Assembly (NCBI RefSeq): GCF_009914755.1 | Contig: NC_060934.1 | Reading direction: 5' to 3' (one strand) | DNA: 64,000 nucleotides | Source of the DNA: the human T2T-CHM13v2.0 reference genome, Homo sapiens | Shown here: positions 14,704 to 31,463 of the stretch, in pieces | Layout of the letters: the number at the start of each line of letters is the position of its first letter | Numbering within the stretch: position 1 is the first letter of the stretch | The notes under the pieces: model-generated | The model's database searches: none | What the model saw: only the letters and a program-made list of their open reading frames with translations | What the model was told of the DNA's origin: nothing | Made by a program: the position numbers and the translations under genes

Positions 14704-15107
14704 TTCTATGGACTAAATATTTGTGTCCCCCTTCCCCCAAATCCACATGGTATTAATCCTCAATCTGATGGTATTAGGAGGTGGGGCCTTTGGGAAGTCT
14801 GATGGTTTTAGGAGGTGGGGCCTTTGGGAAGTAATTAGGTTTAGATGAGTTCATGAGGATGGGGTCTCCACAATGGGATTAATACCTCTATGAACAAAAG
14901 AAGAGACTTGAGATCTCTCTCTTAGTGCATGCACCAAGGAAGGCCATGTAAGGGCATAACCAGGAAGATGCCCCTCACCAAGAAACTGACCATGATGGTA
15001 CCCTGATCTCAGACTTCTAGACTTCAGAGCTGTGAGAAATAAATATTTGTTGTTTAACTCACCTAGTCTATGGCATTTCATTATGGCAGCCCAAACTAAC
15101 CAAGATA
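14704..15107 (+). mobile_element. MLT1A-type solo LTR with an internal 34-bp tandem duplication
   Basis: ctatggactaaatatttgtgtccc...gtgagaaataaatatttgttg...aactaaccaagata. Perfect 5-bp TSD gttac at 14699-14703 and 15108-15112. Confidence 0.9.
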
Positions 15108-15235
15108 GTTACTTGGTGGTATTTTATACACACAGTGATTTTGTTGGTGGGACAATATTTTGATGGGCATGGCAATCCTAGAAATTGGTGGAGCTCTACA
15201 TCCCCTTACTTAACTATGTTTGATTTCCTATACAG

Positions 15236-15400
15236 GTATTCACACTGAAGACAAGTCACATGTGCTTCCAATTTTGATTGCCAGGGTATTTACACTGAGG
15301 AATTATTGTCAAATTGACCTGAAAGCAGTGGACAACATGTTTGTGGTCATCAATAAAAAGTGACTTATAAAGCTTCAGTAATAAACATAGTCTAGAACTA
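15236..15400 (+). other. Candidate terminal exon
   Basis: cttaac branch site, pyrimidine tract and tacag acceptor; AATAAA at 15352 and 15380. Confidence 0.25.
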
Positions 15401-15554
15401 CTTTAAAGCGGAAGCTGCCTTTCGCTGGAATGTTATTAAATTTTTGTATCTCTTAGGAAAAGCAGAGTTACTGATATCAATAGCCAAATTTGAATAGTTA
15501 GTAACTACTTAATGACATTTGTTGCTATTTGAAAACACCGGTATCCCATATGAG

Positions 15555-15695
15555 ACAGAATGGTTGCTAGAAAGAACAGTGACCCAGGAGTGAGACCCAG
15601 GTGCCTACTTCATAGATAGCGGGCTGTAGGCCTGCCACTTCTCCTTCCTGGATCGGTTTGCTCATCTGTTAAATGAAGAGAATGGAGTCTCAGAA
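15555..15695 (+). mobile_element. MIR fragment
   Basis: gaaagaacagtgacccaggagtgagacccagg...gtttgctcatctgttaaatgaag. Confidence 0.55.
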
Positions 15696-16410
15696 ATCCT
15701 GTCCCAGCATTTCGTGATCCTCTGTTGTTAATTGTAGACTTTAAAGCTTGTGTGTCATTTGTTTGTCTCCTATTGCCTGCTATTAAGATGATTGAAGTAT
15801 AAGAATATGTCATGTGTTTGTAGCCTGAATTGATTGACCTTGTGCAAGGATCTGGATGAAATTTTCAGTGAAATAATACTCAGTTTTCCCTTCCTGGAGC
15901 CTTCTTTATTTCCCACCTCTTTCCATGATGTTTCAGTCTGTCCTAGTTTTATGAGGTTGTTAAAAAATTCACTGTGAAAGATTAGGAGGAAATGATGAGG
16001 TCTTTGGTTGCTGGGTAACTGCTTTTTAACCATGATTCAATGTTTAATAAGATTGTTTTATCTGGTTCCAGGGTCTTCCCAGAATTTCACTGTTGCTGAT
16101 TTTGTGTTCTTTTAAAGAAAAAAAAGAGTACACTTGCAAGTTTTTTTCCATGATGTTTCTTAAATTTATACTTATTTTAAAATGTTCTTCATCAAATATT
16201 TCAGCCTGATCAAGTCTTGTTCTTTTTTCTCTTGGTAAGAAGGATTTTATATAAAAAAATTAAAATAGTATATATCTATTCTCTCAAAGCAGTTCCAAAA
16301 ACTAAATATAAAAAAAATAGTCTTTATAGTCTGTTTAAGCAGGTTTCAAAGTCAGCTCCTCCATTCCTGAAGTTTTTATTTAGATTATTTCTTTCTTATG
16401 GCATTTTAAA

Positions 16411-17465
16411 CTTTTTTTCTTTTTAAAATTTTTGTTATTTGTATAGATTTAGGGGGTACAGTGCAATTTTTGTACATTGATATATTGCATAGTGGTAAAG
16501 TCTGGGCTGATAGTGTACCCCTCACCTGAATTGTGAACATTGTACCAATAGGAATTTTTCAACCATCACCAGTCTCCCGCCCTCCTCCCTTATGGAGTCT
16601 CCTACCCTCCTCCCTTATGGAGTGTCCAATGTCTATTATCCCTCTATGTCTGTGGGTACCCATTGTTTAGTTCCCACTTATTAATGAGAATATGTGGTAT
16701 TTGATTTTTTTGTTTCTGAGTTATTTCACCTACGATAATGGCCTCAAGCTCTATCCATGTTGTGGTAAAAGACATGATTTCACCTTTTTATGGCTATGTA
16801 ATATATATATATATATAACATTTCCTTTATCCAATCATCCATTAATGGACACTTAGGTTGATTCTATAACTTTACTATTGTGAATAGTTATGCAATAAAT
16901 ATGAGTGCAGGTATCTGTTTGATATGACAATTTCTTTTCCTTTGAGTAGATACTTAGTAGTAGGATTGTTGGATTGAATTGTAGTTTTTTTTTTTTAGCT
17001 CTTTAAGAAATCTCCTTACTGTTTTTTCATAGAGGTTGTATTTATTTGCATTCCCACCAGGAGCATATAAATATTCTCTTTTCCCTGCATCGTCTCCAAC
17101 AATTTTTTTTTTTTTTTTACTTTTAATAGTAGCCGTTCTGACTGCTGTGAGATGGTATCTCATTGTGGTTTTGATTTGCATTTCTCTGATGATTAGTGGT
17201 GTTGAGTACATTTTCATATGATTGTTGGCTGCATGTATGTCTTCTTTTGAGAAATGCCTGTTCATGCCTTTTGCCCACTTTTTAATGGAGTTGTTTGTTT
17301 TCTTCTTGTTGAGTTGTATGAATTCCTTGGAGATTCTGGATATTAGTTCTTTGTCAGAAGCATAGTTTGCAAATATTTTCTGCCATTCTGTCAGTTGTCT
17401 GTTACTCTGTTGATTATTTCTTTTGCTGTGCAGAAGCTTTTTCATTTAATTAAGTTCCATTATTT
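16411..17465 (-). mobile_element. L1PB/L1MA 3' end with ORF2 C-terminus
   Basis: ORF 16954-17445 is the L1 ORF2 C-terminus ([44 protein letters not shown]). Internal 25-bp tandem duplication at about 16575-16623. Confidence 0.92.
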
Positions 17466-17479
17466 ACATTATTTCTTAA

Positions 17480-17960
17480 GTTGTTGAAATTTACTGTTGA
17501 ATAGCATTTTCAAAGAAAAAATCATGGATGCTGCATTTCCTAAGTTTTTCAAAGCTTAAGAATACCTGCCTGTTGCCTTTATAATTAACGACAATCTACC
17601 TGGATATAATCTTTGAGTCACCAATTTTTTACTTCAGGAATTCTGTGGCAATAGCTTAATTTTATTCTGCCATTAAATTTGCTTTCGAGAAGGCTGAGGT
17701 CAGTCTAAATTTTTCTCTGTTGTAGGAATGTGTCTTTTTGCTGCCTCAATGCCTGAAAAATTTGTTTATAATCTTGGTTTAAAAAACCAGGAAATGTCTT
17801 GATGTTAATTGATCTTCATAAAATATTCTGATATATGGTATTATCTAACCATGTAAAGATTCAAAATTTAAGGAAAAAAATTCTAAATCATATTAATAAA
17901 TACCTTTTTTTGTTTTGTTTATTGAATTTTTATATTTCAATAGTCCTAATCACCTCTGCC
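17480..17960 (-). mobile_element. Ancient L1ME/HAL1-like ORF1-region fragment
   Basis: Degenerate motifs ctggatataatctttgagtcac and gagaaggctgaggtcagtctaaattttt. Confidence 0.45.
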
Positions 17961-19849
17961 CTCTTGCTTGCTTGGTAAGACTGTCCCGCTCCTAACAGAT
18001 CAATGAGCAAGCTCAAGGCATTGAAATTAAACTGTGCTTCTTACATTCACTATTGTCTGACAGGATCCCATTCAGAGAAATGATTTGCTCCCCAGGCATC
18101 CTCAACTCCATTATATGGATAAGAGGACAACCCAGTTTCCCATCACCATTCCTCTCCAACAATCATGGTCTTGAGTTTGCTATGACAAATCTCATTACGC
18201 CTTTTATTCCCATCTATAGTGCCACAAGCATTAATAAACTCCCAGATCATTCCATAGCTTTCTCATTTTGATTCCTAGAAGGTTCTATGTGAACCCATTT
18301 CTTGCCCCGTTTCACCTGTTCCCATCTCCTGAAATATTTCCATTGTGCTTATTTCAAATCCATAGTTCTTCATCAGCAAAATGTTCTAAGTACTTATACT
18401 CTTCCCTGAACGTTTGCTTCATGCTGATGTTCTCCCATAACCTAATTTTCTTTTGATGTTCTTTCGCCCTCTGAAGGTTTCGCAAGTGATAGTCTTTTGT
18501 TTTGTCTTGTTTTTTCCCCTCAAAACCCTTGAACCATAAATTTGTTTAAATCTCTCTTTGGGGAATATGTGATATGAGTGGGCCCAATGCAATTCCTAAC
18601 TCATGGGTGGAACTCTCTTCTCCCTTGGCACAAACAGGCACCTTAAAGATTTATATCCTTAGTGTTACTTGGCCTGGTCTGTATTTTCTGTTTATAAGTC
18701 TGAATGCTTTATTTCCTCTGGACCAATATCAGGCATCTTTTTCAGAGTTCACACAAGCTGTGGAAAATCACTCTGAAGTCATTCCGCCATGAGGGTCCTT
18801 GTATGTAAATGGGTGGAAACCCCACCTTCTAAAATTCTCACCCCTATCAGAAATAAAACCCCATCTCTGCTTCTAGTCTTGGGACAATCCATCAATATCC
18901 CATTAAGGTGGTTTTTGTTTGTCTGTTATTTTTCCTATTCCACTGTCATTAAAGTCTATGTCCTCTTCAAAAATAACATGAAATAGCCATAATTACCTTT
19001 GGTCAAGCTGAAATATACAGATGCAAGACAGGTAATGTAGATGAGGGATCCAGTCTAGGTGAGAGAACACATGGCTTGTCCAAAGCAGATGGGCTCACTC
19101 AATTCTAGCTCATGTCTGCTTTGAATGTGAACCCTTTGATGCCTAAACTTTGCTTTTTCAATAGAAGCAGAAGTTTCATATTTTTTATATGAAAGCCCTT
19201 TACTTTTAAGTATTGGTTCAAGTGGTTATAAAATCCTGTGTGGAATATACAAAGGATTTTATGTTTGTAGAAGTCTTTTCACTTGGCTTTTGGTGTAGGA
19301 GACTTGGCCTCTCTCCTAAGTCTTCTTTTTTAACTTTAAACACTTATAATGAGTATCATGCACAGCCAAGGCTTCACATACTATTTTCATGCTTACCTCT
19401 TGCTCAGCTGCACATTGAAGCACCTACTTGTTCCTCTTTGGTTGTCTTATAAACACTGACATGTAATATGTCTAAGTTTGAACTCAAGATCTTTCCCCCC
19501 AAATTGTTATTCTATTAAGTGCAACTTTAGTGCACTCAGTTCCTCACAAGAGCAAGGAGACAAACCCTGGAGTCCAGTCAATGTGAAAAGAATGGACAAA
19601 GATATCTGCATGAAATCAGGATGCCCAGAAGAAACATCCTTCATGTGTGGCCTAGAAATCAAACATATAAGTAAGTAAAAAAACACAAATTCAACAAGTA
19701 AAAACCAGTTCACAAAGGAAGAGTGTAAGAAAACTTATGTCTTGGCTTTCACTCTGGGTGAAGCAGAGGAAAAAATGGTCTCTGAGAATTACCACTGGAA
19801 GTTGTCCCTTGGGTGAATTTGAGGCTGGAATACATGCCATTGATGTCGG

Positions 19850-21905
<2,056 letters not shown>

Positions 21906-23111
21906 TCCATTTTAGTGTATATATATATATACACACACATACATATATATACACATTATATTATTTTCTATCTTTTAAAGTGTGCTGCATAAATTAAAAA
22001 ATTTTAAAACGAAAGTAGACAAAGAAAATGTTTTTGAAAACTCTACCAGTTGCATGTTTCTGGAAATAAAATTAGGACAGAGTTACCAGAATGGGCAACT
22101 ATATTAAAAAATAGGGACCCAAGGCAAATGGAATTGATAATAATTTACAAGACAGCAGCTTCATTAAATTTTTGAGTGAGAAGCAAAATAGTCAGAAGCT
22201 CCCTGGAAAGGAGAAGAAGTAAAAGATAGATTGTATAGAATAAAACATCAAAAGGCCAAGAAGAGAAGTTTAAAAACAGAATACAATTGAATATTTACCA
22301 ACATGACACTAAATAGTAGAAAGGGTAGGCAAATACCTAGGTTACATAAAATGGGCCGATTATGCATTTTAAAACCAATTTTAGAATCATTCCATTTGTA
22401 AGAGAGTGACAATTATCTTAAAGAATTCTTTAACATCAGTGACATATCTGAAGATTGATTTTATGCAAACAGATTTAGCAGCTAATAGACCAGTTGAGTG
22501 TTTATGAAGCAGTGTTAAAGAATGTTTAGTTTCTAAAGATGACATCCAAAATATCCATCTAATCATGCACAAGTGAATTGAATTCTTAACTGAAAATACA
22601 TTTCCCCTTTAGCCTTAAGAGTAGGACTAAATTAATGTCATGTGTAAAAGATTGTGGGTACCCTAATGCTAAATTCAATGCTTATTTCTTGGCAACATTT
22701 AAAAAATGGGAGTATTTAAAAAATTATACAAATCTAAAATAAATGTGTTTGTGAAATAATAAGTATATTAAACTTAAACTTCTTGCTTAAAAATAGTACT
22801 ATAATGAAAGATGACTTTAAAGACAGGTTAAATTTCTTATTATTTATAATCAATGATAATTGTGAACTAAGTATTAAAATGATTTACTTGCTAGTTATAT
22901 ATATGTGACCTATACTTATGACATTGTGAGGTATAGACTAGAGTTTTGACACTGCTATTTGTGTTTAGATAAGACTGAGTATGTTAGAGCTGTTTGGTGG
23001 CAATTATGATACCTGTAACTGCCATTGCAAACTTAGAATTAGACACCGCACTTTCAGTTCCATTCTGACTTTTCTTGCCTTTCACTTGCTGACATCATTG
23101 CCCACCATTTC

Positions 23112-24445
<1,334 letters not shown>

Positions 24446-24479
24446 TGCCCACTATTTCAGTGTACTCAGAACATGTCCC

Positions 24480-24620
24480 CCAGGACTTCTCAAACATTAG
24501 TGAACATAGAATTGCAAGGGTATTTACTAGGAACACAGATTCCAGAACCCTATCCTAATAGATGCTGATTTGGAATATCCTTTGGAGTAGGATGCAGGTG
24601 CTCCACAAACCACATTTGGA
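24480..24620. mobile_element. MER5-like hAT-Charlie fragment
   Basis: cttctcaaac...cacagattccagaaccctatcc...gatgcaggtgctccacaaaccacatttgg. Confidence 0.55.
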
Positions 24621-24779
24621 CCCCTTTCATTCATCTGCCTTACCATATTAGTTCCTAGCAATGGTAATTTCCATTATCTGCCTTTTCCTCTTCCAGAACT
24701 TAGCAGTACTACAAAAAGATCAAGACTTAACCAAGTGTTTCCACCACAAATTTGTGTCATTAAACATACGTATTTTATA

Positions 24780-25800
24780 GTCAAACAGACTTAGGTCCAA
24801 ATCTTGACCCTGTTACATGCTAGTTATATTTTGCACAAATCATCAAATCCCTTTCAGCTGTAATTTCCTTATCTGCAACATGCAGACTCATTCATTATTC
24901 ATTCATTCATCCAATGAACAAAGATATATATTTTAAATACATACTGTTGTAAGTACTGGTGATAGATTAATTAACAAGAACTAAGTGTAACTGTCTACAT
25001 GGACTTTATATTTCATTAAAGATTCCTACTTAATGCAGACAGTTGTTAGAAGGATTGAATGAAAACATAAAAACATAATAATAGCTACCATACATAACAG
25101 TATTTAAGAGCCAGATAAGGTTTCAGGTGCTCTATATAATTACCTAATTTATTTCTTATAACAAAACCATGAGGTAAGTACTATTATTTTTGTATATAAT
25201 ATATATATATATACAAAATTTTGTATATATTATATATATATAATGAAATTGAGCCACAGATAGTTTTTTATTCAAGGCCACTCACGTAACAAGTGGTAGA
25301 GCTGGAATTCCCACCCAAGTGGCTGGGTCCAGAATCAATGCTGTTAAGCTCTAATATAATGCCTATTCTTCTCAATGCAATTAAACTAGCAAAATTATAA
25401 TGTACAGGTCAGATTTCTGAAGAAGTCAGAATAAATATAAAATATAAAATGCTCCGAAGCCAAAGTCTATAATTTGATCTGATAGTAACATTATTCAAGA
25501 AAGAAAATGTGTCAACAACAAGGAATTGTCCCAGTTTTCATTACAAAAAGGGCACCTTCCTGAGAACAAAAATTGGCAAGATTTATTCAGCACTTTCAGA
25601 GGAGAAACTCGATGTTAACCATAATAATAACAATAGCAATCATCCATATCAAACATTTACCATTTAGCCAGGCACTATACTAATTTCTTCTCACAATTCA
25701 TCTTGACAATAACTTGCAAGGTATGTAATATGTTCATCTTACCAGATGAAGAAACTGAGGTTAGTAAGCATCTCCAGCCAGGTGGTTTGATCCCAGAATA
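24780..25800. mobile_element. Cluster of MIR and L2 fragments
   Basis: MIR + (tttccttatctgcaacatg), L2 tail (cattcattattcattcattc) and MIR - copies (catgaggtaagtactatt; cagatgaagaaactgagg). Confidence 0.65.
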
Positions 25801-25944
25801 CACCTTCTTCATGACGACAAAGCACCATTTTTATACCAGCTGTACATTCAACCTGTAGGATACAAACTTACAGTTATTAAACATATCTGTTTCTTATAAG
25901 TAGCATATGAGCTGGGTAGAATATACTTAAAGACTATATAGCAA

Positions 25945-26180
25945 AATGTCAGTTAAAATGTGCTTTTCTCAGAGAGGCCTCCACTGGTCCCACCAACTAA
26001 GTAAATTCCTCTATTAATATTCTTTCATAGAACCCAATTTTATAATTATGATTTTAGTGCTTATTTCCTCTTCTAGGTGGTAAGATGCATGAGGTTGATC
26101 ATTTGCTTTCATTTTTCAGTGCATTCTTGGTGCCTAGTATAGTTCCCGTTATGTGAATGGTTAGTGAAGAAATGAATGCC
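25945..26180 (+). mobile_element. L2 3' end
   Basis: ctcagagaggcct...gtgcctagtatagt...gtgaatggttagtgaagaaatgaatg. Confidence 0.6.
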
Positions 26181-27831
26181 TGGATTCTATGTTTACTTTG
26201 TACATTTCCAGTCATTTGCCTGGTTTATCAGATTCTCTGGTGAAGGCAAAAATGCCGACACAAACATATTAAGCACTGGAAAAGGATATCCCTGTTACAA
26301 ATCAAATAGCACAGGGAGAAGGTGTGTTTAAAATGAGCATATCTTGGTTGCTTGTGACATTTCTCTTTATTATTGTATTTGCTTTTTCATTTGTGTAACG
26401 GAACCTTGTGAGTTTGGTTAGTTTGATCTATCTCTGAGTGACCAATCAAATGACTAAATAAATTGAACACTAGACTCATCACTTTGTCCACTCACTCACT
26501 CTCTCAGGTGATGCCATCCTTGGCACATGGTCTAAACAACCACCCAAATTCTATTGCTGGAAACTCAACAGAGAGTCTAGGCATGAATTGAGGTACCAGC
26601 AAAGCACAGGCACTAACCACTAAACATCATTTCTTTTGAAATAATTTGATATTTCAAACATAAAGTACCAGAAATATTCATCATGTGAAATATCAGAACT
26701 TTGTTGAACTTCACTAGAAATAATTTGTGTTTTAATATTTTTCTAAAATTTTGATTTAGGTAGGGACGTATGGGTGGGACACCATATCAATTTAGTGTTT
26801 AGTGCTTCTAAAGCTATCCAGCCCTGAATTTCCTAGGGGCACAGCTTCTTCTTCTTATATCATATGTCAACACCTGCTTCCTCTCATTCTTAATATTATT
26901 ATATCTTATTTTTTGCTTTTGTCTCTGAGAAAGAAGTACCCCAGTGCCTTGGCAAGGTGAACCTCCCCATCAGAATATTATTCTCAATGCAGTAGCTGAT
27001 GTTTTCTTAGTGACTTTTTGATGTTCCATCTTCATTAGCTCCTATCCTAAACAAAAATTTTCTTGATCCCACTTCCTCCTCAATCTACTATTCTTCTTTA
27101 CAAACTTCCTGTCATTTATATTTTGTGCTTCTTCTGCCTTAGTAGTATTTATTCCTTTGCAGCCAGACTTTCAACCAACCCCAGCATTTTCGTATGTTGT
27201 CCGTGAGCTCAGCCTTGCTTAAAACACCTGTCTTATGAGCAATTATTTCTTCCCTTAATTCAGTGATCAGCTTGCTTATCTTCATAAGTCCTTGCAATTG
27301 TGACTAACATTGTCTTACACATATAGTAAGTGCTCAATACACTTACTATTTAATAAATAAATTGTGTTATTTTTATATGTTTAGGATTTTTGTCTTAATT
27401 ATTATAAGGCATTTCAAAGTATCTTGCTGTGTGTGATTTCAAAGTAACTTAAAATTAGAACAGGTATAAAAATCAAACCTATTTGAATTACATAAAAAGA
27501 CTGAGAAAAAAATATAGCCAGAACTGGATTCTTTTAAGATTAAAAGGATATTCCATGTTTTCTTTTTAAATCATGCCTACATATTTTATACATCATAAAT
27601 TCATTGTATTTTTAATTCTGTAAAAATGTAAGTTTCTTAACTTTTCAGTATTATGGGAGTTATACAATTCAGAGATTCTTCAGAGAAAGTAATTTTGGTG
27701 AAGTTTCAATCTCCCTCTTTTTTTTCTATATTAAGAAGATCAGGAAAGAAGTTAATTTTAAATATGAATACCCTTTTAACTTTAATTTTATATTTATCTG
27801 CACATTCTCTCTTTCTCTCTTACTCTCTTTT

Positions 27832-28025
27832 CTTGAGATGTAATTTACTCACCATCAAATTGACCCTTTGTGTGTGTACTTTATGTATATTAACAAATGT
27901 ATGCAATCATATCACCACCACCACAATCAAAATAGAGAATATTTCTATCATTCCAAAAAGTTCTGTTATGTCTCACTTATAGTCAATATCTCCCCTCTAC
28001 CTTGCAGCCCTTGACAACCCTGATG
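27832..28025 (-). mobile_element. L1ME/MB 3'-terminal fragment
   Basis: gagatgtaatttac...accaccaccacaatcaaaatagagaatatttctatcattccaaaaagttc. Confidence 0.75.
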
Positions 28026-30333
28026 TAAAAATATAAATGCCTTTTTGTTTCTAAAGCACATTTGGGGAAATTTTACTTAAGATGTAAGTATCCCTGTTAA
28101 GTCAAGAATTGAATAGATACAGTTTTAACATCCTTAAAATGTACCTGCTAGCATTATGCTGTAAGAAAGATACTTCAGAAAACAAAATTTAAACAAGTAA
28201 TACAAAATACTGTTACTTCTGTGATTATGTGATATAACATTCAGTCTATGGTTGAGAAATTGCCTAATTTATGGCATCAAGCTCTGTGACTCACAGAGTA
28301 GCAGGGGTTGAAAAACACTTTTTCATGCCTCGATGTTTTTCTCTTCTTCTTTTGGGCAGGGCTAGGGGCAATGAGTTGATTTCAGCTTCAGTAATTTTTT
28401 TCTTTTTTCTTTTTTCTTTTTTTTTTGTCTAAGCAAAAAGTTTTCACTTGTCCTAAAGTGATACAGTAGTGATTCATAAGTTAATATGCCTGACAACTGA
28501 AAATCACAGAACATGTCAAATTATACCAAAGATTGGAAGAAAGAGACATTTTTAAATTGAACTTAAATATTCAACTAAGGATATGTTTTGTCCTTTTAAT
28601 GACCGGCATATTGGTGGGGAAGGGTGTTAAATGGAAGTTTTGGATAGTGAAATTAATTGCCAAAAAAGACATACTTGGGGATGGCATGTCTCTTTCATAT
28701 GCTTATCTTTGGGAACTGTCTGCCATATACCCTGTAAAAGGGAAGAGATTACTATGTTTATAGCACAAGGTCCATTTTCCTCTGAGCAGGTCTAATGGGA
28801 TTGGGGTAGATCTAATCCAATGTTTGATCAGTCACAAATCAAATTATATTTTATCACATTGAAATGAAGTAGAAACTACAGTCAGACAATGGTGAGATCC
28901 AGAAAACCAAAGTTCACATACTTAATTCAACTGTGTTAGATGCCTTTGAATATTTTCCTTTTTAATCGATATTTTCCTTTTTTGATTTATGTGAACAGAT
29001 TTTTCCTTCTTCTTCTCTGACACTACTCAGTCGCTGTGGTTTGCTCCATATCCTCACTTCTTATGTGTCTATTTTGTCTTTAGTTCTCTTCTTTTCTTTC
29101 TCTATAGTTTTGCCTTAGCTTAGGCAAACTTTCTATTTCAGTACTTATGTGGATAAGTCTCTATCTTTGGTCCTAAACTCTCAGTAACTCTAGATCTCCA
29201 ATTTTCCAGCTTCTTCATAAATAGCTGTTTGTAGATTTCTCACAAGTATCTTCAACTCACCACGCTCTTAAGAAATCTTCTACCATACACGTTAGTTGCT
29301 TAGTACACAAATGCTTAATTGAATTGAACTGTGATCATTCACAGTGGAAAGAAAAATGGAATGTAAGTTTTTGAATTGGGCCTTAATGGCTAATTACTGG
29401 AAAAGAGGAAAGAGGAAAGAATCTTCCAAATGTAGAGAAGACAATGAGGTACAAAACCAGGTATAAACATTATAAAGTCCTAGAAGAGTGAGACTGGCCT
29501 GTCAAGGATAGAAAGAAATTGGTGGGAAGTAAAGTTGGGTAGTTAAGAGTGGGGCAAAATGTGGCAGAATTTGAAAGCAGAGAAGTTTAAACTTGATGTT
29601 TAAAACAAAATGGTATTCCTTAATGACTTTGGAGTAGAAGATATAATGGGCATTTGTTGGTTCCTTATCTGGCCTTCATTCTTTGCTCCACTCTTTCTAA
29701 CAGTTTTTAGAATTTCATTCTTCTGAATGGAGTCCGTATGTTTAAATAGAAAGTAACTTCACCTTTAACTTCAGGGGTCAGCATGTGGCCTAAATTTCTC
29801 CAGCCAGAATGAACCTGAGAAATTCTGTTCAGAATCATTTTCTTGTGTGTAGAACTGTCCCCAATTTGTGCTATAGCCGTGACATAAATATGCTAGAAGA
29901 CAGCCAGAAAAAGCTGAGAGAAGGCTAGGATGATCTTTATCTCCCAGCTAGAAAATATTTCTGAAAATTTTGAAGTATTAAAAAAAATTTTCAAAAAAGA
30001 TAATTTTTGAAAAATACTAATAAACATTTTTGGTATAATACTATTCATTCACCTATAAATCACTTTACTTGGAGGGAACACAAAAGGATTATTATATATT
30101 ATGTCTTATCTTGGGAAAACACAAATGTACTAGGTATGATTCCACATGTTCAAGAAATGAAATATATTGACCTAAGGAATTGCATTTCTTTTAACGCTTC
30201 TGTAAATCTTAGTGTTAATAGAACTAAATGGAGAAATGTATTAACTCCATTTTTATTTCCAAGTCTTTAGTGTTAATTTTATTTCCTTTCGTGTTACACT
30301 TTTGTCTTAAGAGTTCACAAAGTTTCTCATGAT

Positions 30334-31463
30334 CAGTGGTGTTCTGGAGCTGGCACATATAACCTATCACATTAAAAATCAAAGGTAATAAATACTCAAA
30401 ACCCAGCACTTCCTAAATATTGTATACATTTTAGTATCACCTATGTTGTCTAGGTAATTTTCCTTACTGAATCTATATGGTAGCAATAATACATAATCAT
30501 GAGCTATTGAGCATCTCTTCTCAACTCTGTTCAGTGATACTGCATTAGTAGTTTGAAATGGGTCATGGTGAGAGTATTCATATCACTTAACCCACAGAGC
30601 AGGCAAATGCTATAAATCAGGGCTTGATTAATTGTTTTGTTTATTGTCTTTATTTAAGAAAGTGATACAGGAAACATTAATAATGCAGATTAAACTTAAA
30701 AGTGAGTCATGTCTGGAGACATTATACTGTGCAGCACAAAAAATTGAGAAAATAGTTTTCTAACACTTAAAAACTGTTACCTGATTCAGCATATACATCA
30801 CTCACATAATAGATGAAGGAGGAAAGTTCTGACATTGGTCTTGCTGTTTCACGTTTATCTTTTTAAAATTTTTACTTGTTGTTTTGAGACAGTCTCACTC
30901 TGTTGCCCAGGGTAGAGTGCAGTGGTGTGATCACGGTTTACTGCAACCGCCGCCTCCTGGGTTCAAGTAATCCTCTCACCTCAGCCTCCCAAGTAGCTGG
31001 GACTAGAGGCACCCTTCACTACACCTAACTAATTTTCTTTGTATTTTTTTTTTTTTTTTGGAGAGATGGAGTCTCGCTATGTTGCCGCACTCGTGTCAAA
31101 TTCCTGGCCTCAAGCAATCTGCCTGCCTTCACCTCCCAAAGTGCTGGGATTACAGGCGTGAACCACCGTGTTAGGGCCACTTTTATCTTAATGGGTTAAA
31201 AAAAATAAAAAAGGAAAGAAAAATCGCAGCCAATATTCACATCAGAACCACATGTATTTGTCAATTGCAGCTATGGGTTGGCTATGATTACAAGAGTTAG
31301 GAAAAATCAACAAAAGCTTACACATTCTTATATACTCAAAAGTTATTACAAGATGATGTACACACATACACACACGCACCCTCTTTTGTTTTGTTTTGTT
31401 TTGTTTGTTTTATTTTGTTTTGTTTTGAGACCCAGTTGTTAAACATTTACCAGCACTCCACTG
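30334..31463 (+). mobile_element. MER63-type hAT-Blackjack DNA transposon, interrupted by an AluJ
   Basis: Terminal inverted repeats cagtggtgttctgg (30334) and ccagcactccactg (ending 31463); 3' gttgttaaacatttaccagcac. Confidence 0.75.
30862..31177 (-). mobile_element. AluJ
   Basis: J-type motifs (gagtctcgctatgttgcc, cctggcctcaagcaatc). TSD cac(g/t)tttatctt at 30850-30861 and 31178-31189. Confidence 0.9.

Noticed and set aside
25165-25182. Strong donor-like gag|gtaagt (similar site at about 42694)
   Set aside because: Part of antisense MIR sequence, with no matching acceptor found.
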